64,000 nt of DNA from Phoronis australis (GCA_002633005.1 NMRA01000668.1:124001-188000), one strand, 5' to 3'; counted from the stretch's first letter, positions 12,597 through 25,920 are shown. Made by a program: numbers and translations. Notes: a model not told the origin generated them from the sequence alone.

Positions 12597-13787
12597 CTAG
12601 AAAAATATCAGCATAGTTCGCACAAAGCGCCCTCTCTTGCCATGACACACTGAAGTCCAGTATTTACGCAGGGGATTTAAAAAACTTTCGTTTAAAGCCT
12701 GGAGTAGCTTCTTACTTCCGGTTATGCAAATGATTGGGTGTACCACACTGCACGTGATAGCAAGTCGGATTATGATAACGTAAACCCAATATCTTTAAGA
12801 AGCTGTCATCTGTAAGCAGCCAGTGATTACGCAGACGGTGTTCATGTGCATGACGATATAAAAGGGCGACCACATGAGCAAAAACGTTATGCCCATGAGC
12901 AGGAGACAAGATTTAGTTGCTCGACGTTTGGCAAGTTGGCAATTCTCTCTACAAATTGGTATAACTATGGAGCGGGTCATCATTAGCTGTTGAGCTGGAA
13001 GCGAGTTGAAAACAAAAACAATGTGCACGGATGCTAGAAATAAGCATGTAGCTATCGAACCTAGAATCCACTGTTTGATGCGAAAATAGGTGAGAAAACA
13101 GAAAGCCTGATAGAACACGGCGCCCACATGGCAAGCTTCAAAGGTGGTGATCAATAAAGCTAACAAACAGACTCCCAGTACCCTTGTTTCACATACTGCT
13201 GTGCTAAATTTCTTAGGAATACTCTTCTTGCAACGGTATTTGAATCTTGAGAAACGAATGTAGCGCCGGTCGAAGCTGAGTAACGCTGATGAAATAGCCG
13301 GTAGAATTGTTGTCTGTGTTTGAAGAAGGAGTAGGAAGTCGCAGCTACTAGTTTAAAGAGCCGTCGGCGTACGAAAAAGCGGGCGAGGTTCTAAAACAAA
13401 CAACGGGAATAAGATACAGCTGACGAAGAATTGGCTGGCACTGACGCAAATGACAAAAGTTTTCCTTCTGAGATCAGGTCTAAGTTTCTGCACGATCGGT
13501 CCCTTGAGCATGACCGTGATGATAGCCACGAGGAAAACAATTTCAGTCAAAAACTATGAATTACTTTTTGCTAAGACACAGCTTGTCGAGTTAAGGTAGA
13601 AAATTTTGGTAATGGTTCTGTCATCAATTTGTCCCTCGCGCACCACTGTAGTTGCGGCAACCAGTGTTCTTGTCAAGTTCGGTCGAATCAACCTCGCCTC
13701 GTTTAAACAACGGTTACTAAGTCGTGCCGTCGTACTTCTTAGTTTCATCAAGGTGTTGCACAGAACAAGTAAATCTACGAAGCTCAT
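12597..13787 (-). pseudogene. Class A GPCR pseudogene (paralog 1 of the tandem array)
   Basis: Colinear with the intact paralogs in a single frame, with in-frame stops at 13554-13556 (TAG), 13353-13355 (TAA) and 12795-12797 (TAA). DRY changed to DRRY, N1.50 to K, the shared Met (MD-) to Ile, and the native stop deleted. Confidence 0.9.
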
Positions 13788-14493
13788 TGGTGGAGAGTGT
13801 TACAGAATGCAATTACTTGATGTTTTTTATTAGTTTACCGAGCATGTAATTCATGCAGCCAACGTCTACTGAAAATGAGCACCATGACAACGCGGGACCA
13901 ACCGTAATAAAATTATCCATAGAAACATGTACATTGCACATCACCTTTTTTTTCACCACCTTAATAAGCTTTCAGGTTACTTCCGAACTACAAATAAACC
14001 TTCTGAACGCTGAACGTGTTCCATTGAAAGTTAAGAGTCACTGGATGAGAAAGTCAGGCAGATGCGGGAACATGACAAGTCACAGATTTTTCTGAAACAT
14101 AGCTTCTATTTGCTCTTAGGTGAAATAGTCAACACCTAAAATGGTTTTATTTCAAACATCTTACTTCTTCGCATTTGGCTAGTGTATGGCTTCGGAAACC
14201 ATCAATTTTTAGAATTTTGTTGCATCATTGTGGAACAACGACAAATTAACAGAAACTAAAAAAGGCATACTGAATAAACACAGTTTGTCTCTACGTGAAA
14301 ATGTGAAAATCACAATTGAAAAGTACTTGCAACTTAGCTAGTTTAATTACTTTTTCAACTTACCTGAGTCAAGCTGTTTAACTGGTGGAAATGCTCTTTA
14401 TTCGATCGCTATTTCTTTTACGGTGCAACATCTCTCAGAAAAGCGACATACTACATGTGAAAGCTGAGTCTTTGTAAACTATATATATGTTAA

Positions 14494-15020
14494 AGAGGCC
14501 TGGAACTCGATCAAAAGACTAAATCGCAATATTGAAAGTGGTTTCCTGCCACTGAAACAGAATTCAAACATGCTCACCAGGTATTTTTAGGATTTGATCG
14601 TAAAGATCTTTAATTTCTGTTTATATCAGAGCATCTATCTAGTTTCCAATTTCAAATCGTTATCTGTCAACTGCTTGTCACTTCGCCGACTTTACTCCCG
14701 CAAGAGAGAGCACGTTTTTTATGGAACAACTTAGACGTAACGCATTTCCCTTACATGGAAAATGTGACCTTTAACCTAAAGTGACTTCAAGTAACCGACT
14801 GAGAGCGCATGATTATAAGTGAGAGGGAAATTACAAACTCTGTGGTATTCCCAGAGATATTTCTTTTGGGTGTATTCCAAAAACCGAAAATTTTGTGATT
14901 TTCTCTGGAAATTTCCTCGATAGGGAAAGTGAATTACTCTGTATTAGACGTTGCGAGATGGTACTTTTGTCAGGAATTGTTTAAAATATATTTTTGACGA
15001 GTTTGGTGTTCCAAGCCTCT
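14494..15020. mobile_element. TTAA-flanked Kolobok-type non-autonomous element or solo terminal repeat (527 bp)
   Basis: TTAA|AGAGGCCTGGAAC ... GTTCCAAGCCTCT|TTAA: 12/13-bp TIR with RR...YY ends and a TTAA TSD, as in Kolobok. Paralogous copy at 19835-20334; related right end at 36430-36584. Confidence 0.7.
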
Positions 15021-17574
15021 TTAAAACATTCGTTGACAGCGATCTGAGTGTCTTGCATATTTTAATTGAACCCACCCACTTCAATAATATTGGTGATCCT
15101 ATTCGCCATTATTGCCACACTCCAATTAAAAAAACAAAACAAAGTCCTTTAAATTCATGTGTGACAAAAACGATGCCAACACTATCATTAAGTTTTGCCA
15201 GAGCTCGAAATCTGAATCAAAATCTTGTCATGGAGAACAACAGTTGACTTTCAGAGAAATTACTCTTAACTTTCACCTGTTGATCCTTTATGTGGATGTA
15301 AGGTCTGACCAGCTTAACCATAGTGTTGAGTACCAATACAAAAGGTCTATTTCTAAATTCGATCGCGATAGTGGAAATTTGTTGATTTCTACGCTCCAGG
15401 ATAAAGATACGCAATGGTAAAAATGAACCTCCTGCTGAAGGCATTGTACTAAGAAAAACGCAGTTCCTTGTTAATGTTTTATCGTGTGCCCAAGCTTGTA
15501 ACGCTGAGAAATCCTACATATTTGACGACCTATTCATTGTATGCAAAAGTATAATGGCTTCGCCAACCTCCCCTCAACAATTCTTGAAGCAACGTTTCTG
15601 CCAGTTGTTTTTACAGTCATGACCGGGACTTCCTTGTTAGTGATGATAGTTGCAAAGTAAAGGACTGCAACGCAGATTCGATGAAACGTTGGAAGGTTTT
15701 GGTGTCATTATCAAACATCACTACTACTATGTAGGGCCAGGAATGGTATTGCTTCATCTGGATATTACGATTTACCCCTGTAAACCAATAGCAGATCTAG
15801 AATTTCAAACTACATATGTAGGTGCTTGCAGTGGTAAATTCCCTACTGGGTAAAGCGATGACATCTTCATATTTCCGAATTAGTGTGTGGAGGAGTGCAC
15901 AAGCATTCAAAATCATATATGTAAACATCTAACCCAGGAACGTGGACTGCGTTTGTTAAATTTGGATTGAAGATTATGACATGGTACATGCTACGGATTT
16001 TAAACAACGAAACTGTAAATTTACTTTAATTAAGGTATTGGTGATGTGGTGATGTTAAGTGTAGTATCATCTTATACTTATGGAAACTCTGACTTGTTAC
16101 ACATTGGAAAACAATCAATAGGGTATTTTAAATAGGAAGTTTGTACACAGTAGCCTTTGGTTGTGGTTGATATAGAGCTATGGATAGGGCAATTTAGAGT
16201 CCCAACTTTAAGTTGAATATGATGCGTATGTGTATTAAAAAAGAGTGGGTGATTAAACTGGAGGGCCATGTTAAGTTTCAGATATCGAGATCAGAGATCA
16301 GAAGAAGCAAAAATGAAACCATAGTTTACAACACATTGCTCTGACAGTATGCTTGATCCAGTAGTGTTCATAATATGTAATATACAAAATGAAAAAGAAC
16401 TAAGGGCTACAGCATATATTATATTCAGCTGAAACAAGACAACTATAATGTCATATTCTTAACAAGTACTCGGCAAATTCCGTCCATCAAGATGCTTGGT
16501 AGTTACAGAACCACTAGAGGGCGCCACAACACTCAGACGAGTCCTAAAATTTATGCCGAGCAAACTGTCTTCAATCATGTTATACAAACACCAAACTTCA
16601 CGCATAACCATCGAAAGAACTTTGTTGATATTGTGGCATAGGTAAACCAAACAAATTGCCACTCCTGGCGCAAAAGTGATTTCTCCCATCAGAAAACCGG
16701 ACAGTCGGGATAATATCAATAGGAACACATGACCAAAATTACATAACTATCACCCAAGCACTTTAAAGCACAGAGAGGTTGTTGCCAGAAATAATAACCT
16801 TTAGTGGCACAGAATACTTTTAATCCACGCGAAATTGGCAGAAACAAATTTAACACATTAAACAAAAATACACCAAGAAACTTGGTTAATATAGAGACAT
16901 TAAGGGGCACCAAAGAAGATCGTTTAATCAACAATCAATGTCATCCGTGCTCATCTCAATGGCTACACTTATATACAAATTACACACAAGTACGTCAGGC
17001 AATGGCAAGTGTGGTCGTTTCCAAAACTGAAACCCATTTGCAAAATTTCATGAAAATCAGTCAAGGAACTTGCTAGATATAGAAACAGATAGAAGCAAAG
17101 TCGCTACTTGGGACACAGTCAAATACATCTCAAAATTCACAAAAATGCATTTAATTTGCTTTTTGAAACGTTGGCCATATTACTTTCTTATTAAAAGATT
17201 CGACCTCACCAGAAATATTGGTTTCCCTTTCAGGCGTGTAGACATATATGTAGGCTTACTAGCACATTAGCTCTAATGTATTCTTGATCTTACATAGTGT
17301 AAATAAGCTTCCTGAGGTTGTGTACAATGCATGTGTTCGATACAAATTTCGCTACCAGCTTTACTAAGGAATGTAAACATCACAACTCCCAGACAGATAC
17401 GAGGAAATGCGTGAAAATGCTTATTAGTGTTTTCTGCAAACTAGTCCTTCATCTAATTACACAAACTTGCTGTAGTGGAAGGGCATAGCTTTTTACTCAG
17501 AAATCGGTGTAATTTTTGCATTTTTCAAGTCACGGATAAAATTATGTAGAACCATAGCTCAGTTATGTATTACG

Positions 17575-17889
17575 CAGTGTCGGATTTAGGGGGGGGGGCA
17601 ATTGGGCCATGCAACCCCCCTAAAATTCTACCAGATACCATTTGGCAGTTCGGGTGCGAATTGCTGCCTAGCACTTGGGCGCAACCAGGAGGGCTCGGGG
17701 GTGAATAAACAATGCATAGGCCCTGAACAAACCCCATTTACCGTTTTTCTTTTTGGTCAGAAGGTCCGCAAACCCAAAAATTTGAAACCCCTGCATTCCT
17801 ACATTTTAGGCTCGACGCGCGCATCTGCCGAAATTCTGGATATTCCTGTGCCCTGGCCCCCCTAACTTAAAATCCTGGGTCCGCCCCTG
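17575..17889. mobile_element. MITE with CAG...CTG ends and 5-bp TSD (TTACG)
   Basis: Imperfect TIRs CAGTGTCGGATTTAGG / CCTGGGTCCGCCCCTG; TTACG on both sides; the paralogous position in unit 1 (~12552) has a single TTACG (empty site). Confidence 0.85.
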
Positions 17890-17969
17890 TTACGGAAAAT
17901 GGGATGAGCGTAACTATGCACCTTAAAAGATATCAGAATCGTGAGCAAAGAGCCAGGAAAATTTAAATA

Positions 17970-19127
17970 CTATCGTCCTGTCTTGCCACAACACACTGAA
18001 GTCGAGAACTTAAGCAGAGGATGTAAAAAAACTTCATTTAAAGCCTGGCGCATCTTCCTACTTCCGGTTATGCAAATGATTGGGTGTACCACACTGCACG
18101 TGTAAGAGAGACGGGTTGTGATAGTGTAAGCCAAAATTCTTGAAGAAGCTGTCATCTGTAAGCAGCCAGTGACTATGCAGACAGTGTCCATGTTGATGAC
18201 AATAATAAAGGGTGACCACATGAGCAAAAAAATTATGCCCATTAGGAGACACGATTTAGCTGCTCGTATTTTGGCAAGTTGACAGTTATCTGTACCACTT
18301 GGTAAAACTGTAGAGCGCATTTTCAGTAGCTTTTGTGCTAGAAGCGTATTGAAAACGATAAGAATGAGAACGGATGCTAGAAATATAGCCATCGAACATA
18401 GCATCCACTTCTTGGTCAAGATATATGCGCCAAAACAGAAAGCCTGGTAGAACACGGCACCTGCATGTACAGCTTCAAAGGTGGGTATCGATGAAACGAA
18501 CAAAGGGAATCCCAGAACACTTACTGCACTTATTGCTGTGATAAATTTCTTAGAAATACACTTCTTGTAACGGTATTCGAATCTTGAGAAACGAATGTAG
18601 CGGTCGAAGTTGAGTAACGCTGTTGAAAAAACCGGTAGAATTGTAGTCAGTGTTTGCATAATTAGTATGAAGACGCAGGTGCTAGCTGAAACAATCGTCG
18701 GCACACGGAGAAACTGGCGCGGTGCGAAAACCACCAGTGGGCACTTGATAGAGCCGACGAAGAAATGGCTAGCATTGACGGCAATGACGAACTGGTTTCT
18801 TCTGAGATCAGGCCTAATTTTCTGAACAACCACAATGGCGCCGTTGAGTAAGACCGCGATGATACCCATGAGCAAAACCATGGCTGACAAAAATGTTGGA
18901 TCTCTTATTAACACGAAAGATCTTGTCGAGTTAAGGTCCAAAATCGTGGTAATGTTTATCGCGTCCATATGGCCTTCGCGCACCAGTGTAGAGGCGGCAA
19001 CCAGTGTTATGTTTAAGTTCTGTCGAATCAATCTCACCTCGTTTAAACAACGTTTACTAAGTGGTGTCGTCGTACTTTTTAGTTTCCTCAAGGTGTTATA
19101 CAGAACAAGAAAATCCACGAATCTCAT
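17970..19127 (-). CDS. Intronless rhodopsin-like (class A) orphan GPCR, paralog 2; likely start at the shared Met at 18968 (332 aa), with a possible 53-aa N-terminal extension
   Basis: Seven hydrophobic segments, N-terminal NxT/S sequons (NIT, NST), TM1 N, C3.25, FDRY, ECL2 Cys, RAAK, FxxMWSP, HPIIC in place of NPxxY, helix 8 and C-terminal Cys. Confidence 0.92.
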   Translation of the reverse strand: MRFVDFLVLYNTLRKLKSTTTPLSKRCLNEVRLIRQNLNITLVAASTLVREGHMDAINITTILDLNSTRSFVLIRDPTFLSAMVLLMGIIAVLLNGAIVVVQKIRPDLRRNQFVIAVNASHFFVGSIKCPLVVFAPRQFLRVPTIVSASTCVFILIMQTLTTILPVFSTALLNFDRYIRFSRFEYRYKKCISKKFITAISAVSVLGFPLFVSSIPTFEAVHAGAVFYQAFCFGAYILTKKWMLCSMAIFLASVLILIVFNTLLAQKLLKMRSTVLPSGTDNCQLAKIRAAKSCLLMGIIFLLMWSPFIIVINMDTVCIVTGCLQMTASSRILAYTITTRLSYTCSVVHPIICITGSRKMRQALNEVFLHPLLKFSTSVCCGKTGR

Positions 19128-19834
19128 TGGTGGACAGTGTTACTGAATGCAATTACCTGATTGTTTTGATTACTTTACCTAGCATGAAAATGATGCATGC
19201 AACGTCTAGTGAAAATGTGCACCATGACAACGCGGAGCCTACTGTAATAAAATTATCCGTAGTCCATTGCACATCATCGTTTCTTGCCACCGCGTATATA
19301 AGCCTTCATGTCACTTCCGAACTACAAATAAACCATTTGAAACTGTTTCGTTGAAAGTTAAAAGTCAATGGATGAGAAAGTCAGGCAGATGCAGGAACAT
19401 GGCTTGTCACATATATTTTGAAACTTTGCTTATTTTTACTCTTACCGGGAATGGTCAACGCCTAAAATGATATTATTTAAAAAATCTAACTTATTCACAG
19501 AAAACTGCCCGTTCGGCATCTTTGGGAAGCTTTGGCTTGGGAAACCATCAAATTCTAACATTTTGTTGCATCGCTGCACAATAAAAACAAATTAACGGAA
19601 ACTAAGAATGGCGTACAGAATAAACACGAGTGTCTACGTGAAAATGTAAAATTCATATTTAAAAATATTTTCAAGTTAGCTATTTACGTTTCTATTTAAA
19701 CCCACCTGAGTCTAGCTGTGTAACTGGTGAAAATGTCCTTCATTTGATTGTTACTACTTTTACGGCGCAAAATGACTCAGAAAAGTGTCAATCTACATGC
19801 AAAATCTAAGCCTCTGAGAGAACACAATTGTAAA

Positions 19835-20334
19835 CGAGGACTGGAACTCGATTAACAGACTAACTCGCAATAAAAAAACATAATTCAACCAACTCACCAG
19901 GTATTTTCAGGGTTTATTCGTAAAGATCTTTAATTTCTTTTTTGATATCAAAGCATTTATTTAGTTTCCAATTTCAACTGCTTGTCACTTCGTCGATTTT
20001 TCTCCTGCGGGACAGAGCACGTATTTGGTATTGCAAGACATAAAGTTAGCACATTTCTCTGATATGGAACATGTGACCTTTACCTAAAACGACTTCAAGT
20101 AACTGATTGAGAGCGCGTGCATGCGTTCATCATATGTGGGGGGAGAATAGAAACTTTGTGGTAACCAGAGAGTTTTTTGCGTATTTTAATAGCAGAGAAT
20201 TTTGCGATACTTTTTGTAAATTTCATCACAAGGGAAAGTGAATTTCTCTGTACTAGACGTTGCGAGACGGTACTCTAGTTTCGTCAGGAACTGTTTAAAA
20301 GATATTTTGACGAGCTTTTGCGTTCCTAGCCTCT
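19835..20334. mobile_element. Degenerate paralogous copy of the Kolobok-type element at 14494-15020
   Basis: CGAGGACTGGAACTCGAT...GTTCCTAGCCTCT with colinear interior; co-duplicated with the GPCR unit. Confidence 0.65.
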
Positions 20335-21769
20335 TTACTACATTCGTGGACAGCGAAATCTGGGTCCTGTATGTTTTGATTGAAACCACCCACTTTGATA
20401 ATATCGGTCATCCTGTTCGCCATTACTGCCACATTCCCATTAGAAGACCAATCCCTTGAGATGTCAACAATGTCGTTAAGTTTTGCCAGAGCTCTAAATC
20501 TGAGTCACATTAAAATTCTTGCGGCTTCTGCTTAGAACGCTACATGTAAATTGACAGTTGAAATTACGGCATCAAAACGATAACAATGTTGGTCTCGAAA
20601 TGTCTGCTAGACGTCTCGTAACGTTGAGCGGTTCCTGGAAAGTATATTAAAACGAGACAATAAAAACTCCTACATGGTTGAATAGTTATTGATAACTATA
20701 ACTATTAAGTTCCGAAAACCCACGGGGAGCACTGGTCTTAAAGGTGTAGCAAATTGGTTGTTGCTCATCAGATGGCGCACCGGTTTACCGAGTTGTCGTT
20801 ACGGACCCGCGCTGTGGAATGAGTACGGCGATTGATTGATCGGCCAGTCGGGATAAAGTCGTGTCGTTATGAAATTGACAGTGGCAAATCAATGTTTACT
20901 TAGTACAGCACTCTTATTGTCTACTTTCATCATGAAAGATCACGCAAACTCGTTCTTCTGTTGTAAACTGCGCGCCTGACTCTAATCGATATTCAAAAAT
21001 ATTATTTGCAAACAACTTCAATAAATATGAAGCAGATGTGTTTGGTATAAAACACTTTCACCAAAAAAAAAACTTCGAAAGGAGAAAACGGTTGACTTTC
21101 AGAGAAATTACTCTTAACTTTCACCTCTCGATTCCTTTGTGTGGATATAAGCTCTGACCAGCTTAACCACAGTATTGGGTACCAACACAAAAGGCGTGCT
21201 TGACAAGTTTTATCGACCGTAATTCAAAGTAAGATTGAGATAGTGGAAATTTCTTGATTTTTACACTCCAGGAGAATGGTACACAATGGAAAATCTGAAC
21301 CTTCTGGTGAACACGTTGTTCTCAAGTAAAACGCAATTCCAAGTCAATATTTTAGGGTGGGCTTAAGCGTGTAAGTTTTAAGAATACATTTTTGGCGACC
21401 TTTTCAAAGCATGGAAAACATATAATGGCTATTGCTGTTTCTATAGGAGTGTCTTCGCCAACCTCCACTCAGCAGTTTTTGAAGCAACGTTTCAGCCAGT
21501 TGTTTTTGCAATCGTGGCGGGGTACTCCTTTTTACTGATGTAAAGGACTTGAATATAGATTCGATGGAGCGTGAGTGGATAGAATTGTATAAATGTGTAT
21601 GAAAATGATTTTTTACTATCGTAATCATATGTCATTGTGATCTTAACAACATTTTTTATTTAATTTATGTATTTGTTTAAAATAATTTTATACCAAAATA
21701 TTAGTCTCGAATGGCAGATACAACCGTGTAATAACCCATAAAGTTATATCACTTGTGAGATAACATTTT

Positions 21770-21835
21770 GGGGGATTCGAACCCGTGCCTCAAGAGTTTC
21801 GAGTTGCCAACCTTACCACTACACCACTCAGCGGC
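21770..21835 (-). repeat. tRNA-derived sequence with A/B boxes inside an insertion in GPCR unit 2
   Basis: Minus strand reads TGGTGTAGTGGT...GGTTCGAATCCC; no acceptor-stem pairing. Confidence 0.55.
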
Positions 21836-22383
21836 TGACGTCATCGAACGTGAAAATAGAATACTTAAATGAGCACGCGCAACAATCGCATGTTCAGCAA
21901 AGAGCACTGCACCTACATTTATACGCTATGAAAATTAAGACGCATAATTTTCATAAAAACGATATTTTAATTCAATGAAATTTTTCTTTCGTGTTCTCTC
22001 ACTTGTAAATCACCTATCTCCAATTTGAATGCGGGTATCGTGTCGTCGAGATCCTTTGACTTGAGCATTATAGTCAGTTACTAGTGGTAACATATTTAGC
22101 AGACGATATTTTCCCAGTCGAAGCTTAGCGTGATCAAATTAATGTGTAGTAAGCTATAATAGTTGATAAACCTTAATTTATAGATTCACTTTATTTCTGC
22201 TTTGTTTTATTTTTCAACTGGTTTTGAGTAAAAGCCTTATTTGACAAAAATAGCTCGGCTTTTCTAAAAAGGTCACGACCTCCGACCCCGGGCCTCTGAC
22301 ATAGAAAGTAGTTACAAAGCCGAGGCGAGTCGAGAAAGGTAGATCGATTCATTACAATGTTTCTCGTTCAGTATGTGGTATAA

Positions 22384-22538
22384 ATAGATTATTAAATGTT
22401 CTCAGTCGTTATCCCGTTATCTCGTGGATTTTGTAGAATTATCATCCTCGGGGCTAACGCCCCTCGGGCAATAATCCTCCAAAATCCACTCGGGCTCTAG
22501 ATAACGGGGGATAACGACCTAGCCATGTAATAATCTAT
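22384..22538. mobile_element. Hairpin (foldback) MITE; truncated relative at 32776-32853
   Basis: ATAGATTATTA...GTCGTTATCCC...GTGGATTTTG...CAAAATCCAC...GGGATAACGAC...TAATAATCTAT forms a long imperfect palindrome. Confidence 0.7.
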
Positions 22539-23064
22539 ATGTATACGGATTTCTTTTTTATGTATTTGTGTAAAATAATCGCATATAGATTTCTTTGTAA
22601 TTTTTTAACCCAGATATAATGCCTCTTGGCGCTTTCTGTGTTACGTAAATTCATTGTATCGAAGATTTCGTAATAAACATTATAAAAAAATGAAGCGTTG
22701 CAGGTTCGGGTGATAATGGACCAAAAGATTGTAACCGTGATTATAAAATATCACTACCACATTGTGAATTCGAGATGTACACGGAAATACTATATAGGGC
22801 TATGGATGGCATTGGTTAAGATTGGTTTAGATCAGATGTACCGCTGTAAACCACTACCAGATCCAGAATTTTAAAAGGGGTGATTGCAGTGGTAACTATC
22901 CGACAGGGAAAGGCTATGCCATATTTTCAAAGCAGTGTGGGGAGGGGTGCATAAACATTCCAAATCATCTATGCAAACAACTGACCAAGGAACGTGGATT
23001 GCTACGGATTTTGAAGTACACACTACAAAATTGTCAAATTATTTTAAGTAAGTTATCGGTGAAG

Positions 23065-24030
23065 TTAAAGGCGAGCAACCATTTTCATGTCCTTTTTAGC
23101 AAAATTAAGGTACGTTGATTATCCCAGACATATTTTAAACTTAAATACAGCTTTTCGTAATTTAATTAATTACTCGTCTTCTACTCCGGAAGTGTCGTTT
23201 TGGGAGGCAAGAATTCCGCGCCTGCTTGGTTCTGCGTTGAGTTTACTGTGTTGTTTTTCTAAAATTGTCATCACCACTTCCCATCGACGAGTATTATACG
23301 ACAAGCTAGGTTGTTAGAGAACTGACTTACGTTTGATTTAGGGATTGTTTAGTTTATAGTAACCTGAAAATGGTAGGAACCCGCGACCCATATCACAGTG
23401 ACAGTACTGACGTGAGTAACCGAGACATTGTTCATAGCAGTGGTGACGACGAATTTTTCACGGACAGTCAGTGGGTATATGTTTGAGACGGAGTACATGT
23501 ATAACGAGGCAGAGGACGCACAGGCGCCACACTCCCACTGGATGGTAACCTGAGCACCCAAACTGCTTACATCAGCCCCGCAGTGTGACTCCCTAGCCAT
23601 GACACACACCTGGCATCCTCTAAAAAGCTCCAATACTTTAGACAAGTCCACAATAAACTTATCAACGTTTAGTTCACCGATCTGTTCATTGGACGACGAC
23701 CCATATCGTAGCAAACCTTTCGGAAATCAGTGCCAATATTTATTTCTTGCCGATGCTATGTTACCCGTTTCATGAATAGATTGTTCCCGACTAAATGTCC
23801 TCATGACAGCCGGTACATTATACAGCGCGCGCTTCTTTGCAGCGTCCTAACACTGGTCGAGATTTTTTATTAGTCTTCGATTTACGGTCTTCACGTGTAC
23901 ACAGAAGTTTGAATTCCTTTTGAGGCCTGAGAAGATCTGTGCCGGAAAGATACAATGCAATCCCGCTGACAAGTAGTACGCTGCGTCTATTTCCAAAGCC
24001 CAGACAACAGTGGGGCAGACTCCTCACAAG
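23065..24030 (-). mobile_element. Decayed Kolobok-like transposase fragment (THAP-like start plus Cys-rich region preceding the DDE core)
   Basis: KFIVDLSKVLELFRGCQVC...GAQVTIQWECGAC resembles the Kolobok K(F/Y)IVxxSxLxELFxxCxxC...GxxVxIxxxCxxC region; upstream LPHCCLGFGNRR...SGIALY is THAP-like; TTAAAGG at ~23065 where GPCR-unit homology stops. Other terminus not found. Confidence 0.45.
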
Positions 24031-24146
24031 AGCAGCAAAACTTTTGCGTTCTTTTTGAATCGCGGCGTTTGAAGTGTATACTGACATAACGGTGAAGCTT
24101 GTGGTCTACAAACTCAGGACAGTCGGATCTATCACTGGAGACGTTA

Positions 24147-24372
24147 CAAGCGCGCACCCAGCCTTTAATACGGGGCTCGGATCTCCGACGAAATGGACCT
24201 TTTGCCGACAAAATAACGCCGAAGGACTAAGAAAAAAAAAAAACGGGGTACCACGCCTAGAGCAGCGAATTATGCGATTGCACCGATTTAGAGGACTTTT
24301 TGTCCCATTTTCACGGAGTTTTTGTTTTCCTGAGGTGGACCTTTTTGTCCACTTCGTCAAATGGGGGGCTCA
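24147..24372 (-). mobile_element. Reverse-oriented, truncated copy of the CATGCGCGCACCC MITE family
   Basis: CAAGCGCGCACCCAGCCTTTAATACGGGGCTCG...TGTCCACTT...AAATGGGGGCTC is the reverse complement of the copies at 39718 and 53938. Confidence 0.7.
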
Positions 24373-25920
24373 TTCGGTGCAAACTAAAATTTTCAGCACC
24401 ACAAACAGCTAAACCATTAATGGGTAGACCAGTTTGGATTTAAAATTCACCGCTTAAAAATCGAAGTGAAGTGACATTCGATTGCCTATCATAAAGAAAG
24501 GCACGATGTTGTTAGTTTCAAAATAATAAACCGTTTATACAAACCCAACACTTCTTAGTAGAGTCAGAGCATCATTTCCAACTTGAAATCATACTGAAGA
24601 CAGGATATACACGAACTAATAAAATGTAATTCTGGTTAAAATCCCTCCGTAGTACCGACATAGACGAAAGCAAACAAGTAAGTCTTCGCAGGCTGTATAA
24701 GGTGCCGAATCTGTCCAAAATAACTAGGTACCACAATGCGCAGTACTGTCACACAGCATAAAATAAACTTTAATTAGGGCTGCTATGCAGTTACTAACCA
24801 CAGTGTATGAGACTATGTACTACAGGAAGAACTTCATACAGAAACTTGCATGTCCATTATATATTTATGGAATAACAATAAAATATCTACAAAAATACAA
24901 CAGAGCACAACTATACGGAAGGGCATACACCGTCTCTTTGGATTAATAACAATACCACAAAATGTCATACAAAATATACAACACCATAAATCAGGTAACC
25001 AACTTAGTCTACAAAATATAATTGCCAGTAACCGGACCTAGGTCACCACAAACATAACGAATTTTTTGAACGAATATTCTACGGTTGTGTATAGCTAATC
25101 GGAAGGACAAATAATATCTGTGTCTGCGATGTCAAGAAACGATGGACTGGCATCTACTCAGTAAATGCATTTATGCCCACGGCAGTTCCATTGTTAGCAT
25201 ATTGTCATCAGCACTATTCAACAAATTATTATGCAATTATTGACAAGTCAAACAATAGGCTAGCCGATATTACAATGACCTATGGGTCACCAAGCACTTC
25301 AACAGAGTTTGAACAATAATGGTCAGAGCGTGTTTTTCATGACGAAATTTTAGGAAGTTTGCTAGGTAACTAAATGAAGAGTTCTAAGATCTTGGACTCG
25401 CCTTAAATTAATAATCAGATACTACTGGTAAAATGAGATAATTTATACGACTGTACGTGAAGAATTACCCCACTGATGTTACAGTAACACGCTTTAAAAA
25501 CTTGGCGCAATCATATTCATGTTGTTTACTTGAATAGCCCAAGTGCCAGAGGCAAACAACTCTACCTAACCGGATCACAACACTTGTTAGACTGACCGAC
25601 TTATATGTCATCGGACCAAAATGAACAATAAATACACTGAACTAGTAAAAAGAAATAACGAAAAAAAAAGCTTACGCCTTTCTTGCTCTGGCCGTGGAAG
25701 CCCCCGCGAGCGCGGATTAGGGATGTAAACTCCGAATTCCCAAACCTGTGCAAGAGACAAATACAGAAGCAAGATGCCTGTTATTGTATTACACAATCTT
25801 GCTCTTTGATAGAAGGTCAAAACTTTTTACTAGGAATTCAGGATCATTTTCGACATTCTTCAAGTCACCCTAAATATTTCCTTTTAGGATTCGAGACTTA
25901 AACATGTACACTGTAGGCCT

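Noticed and set aside
17970-19127. Opsin or aminergic receptor identity for the GPCRs
   Set aside because: No Lys at 7.43 (Tyr/Phe/Ile instead) and no Asp at 3.32 (Gln instead).
18610-19354. Plus-strand ORFs overlapping the GPCRs that recur in each unit
   Set aside because: Antisense shadows of the duplicated coding sequence, with no independent motifs.
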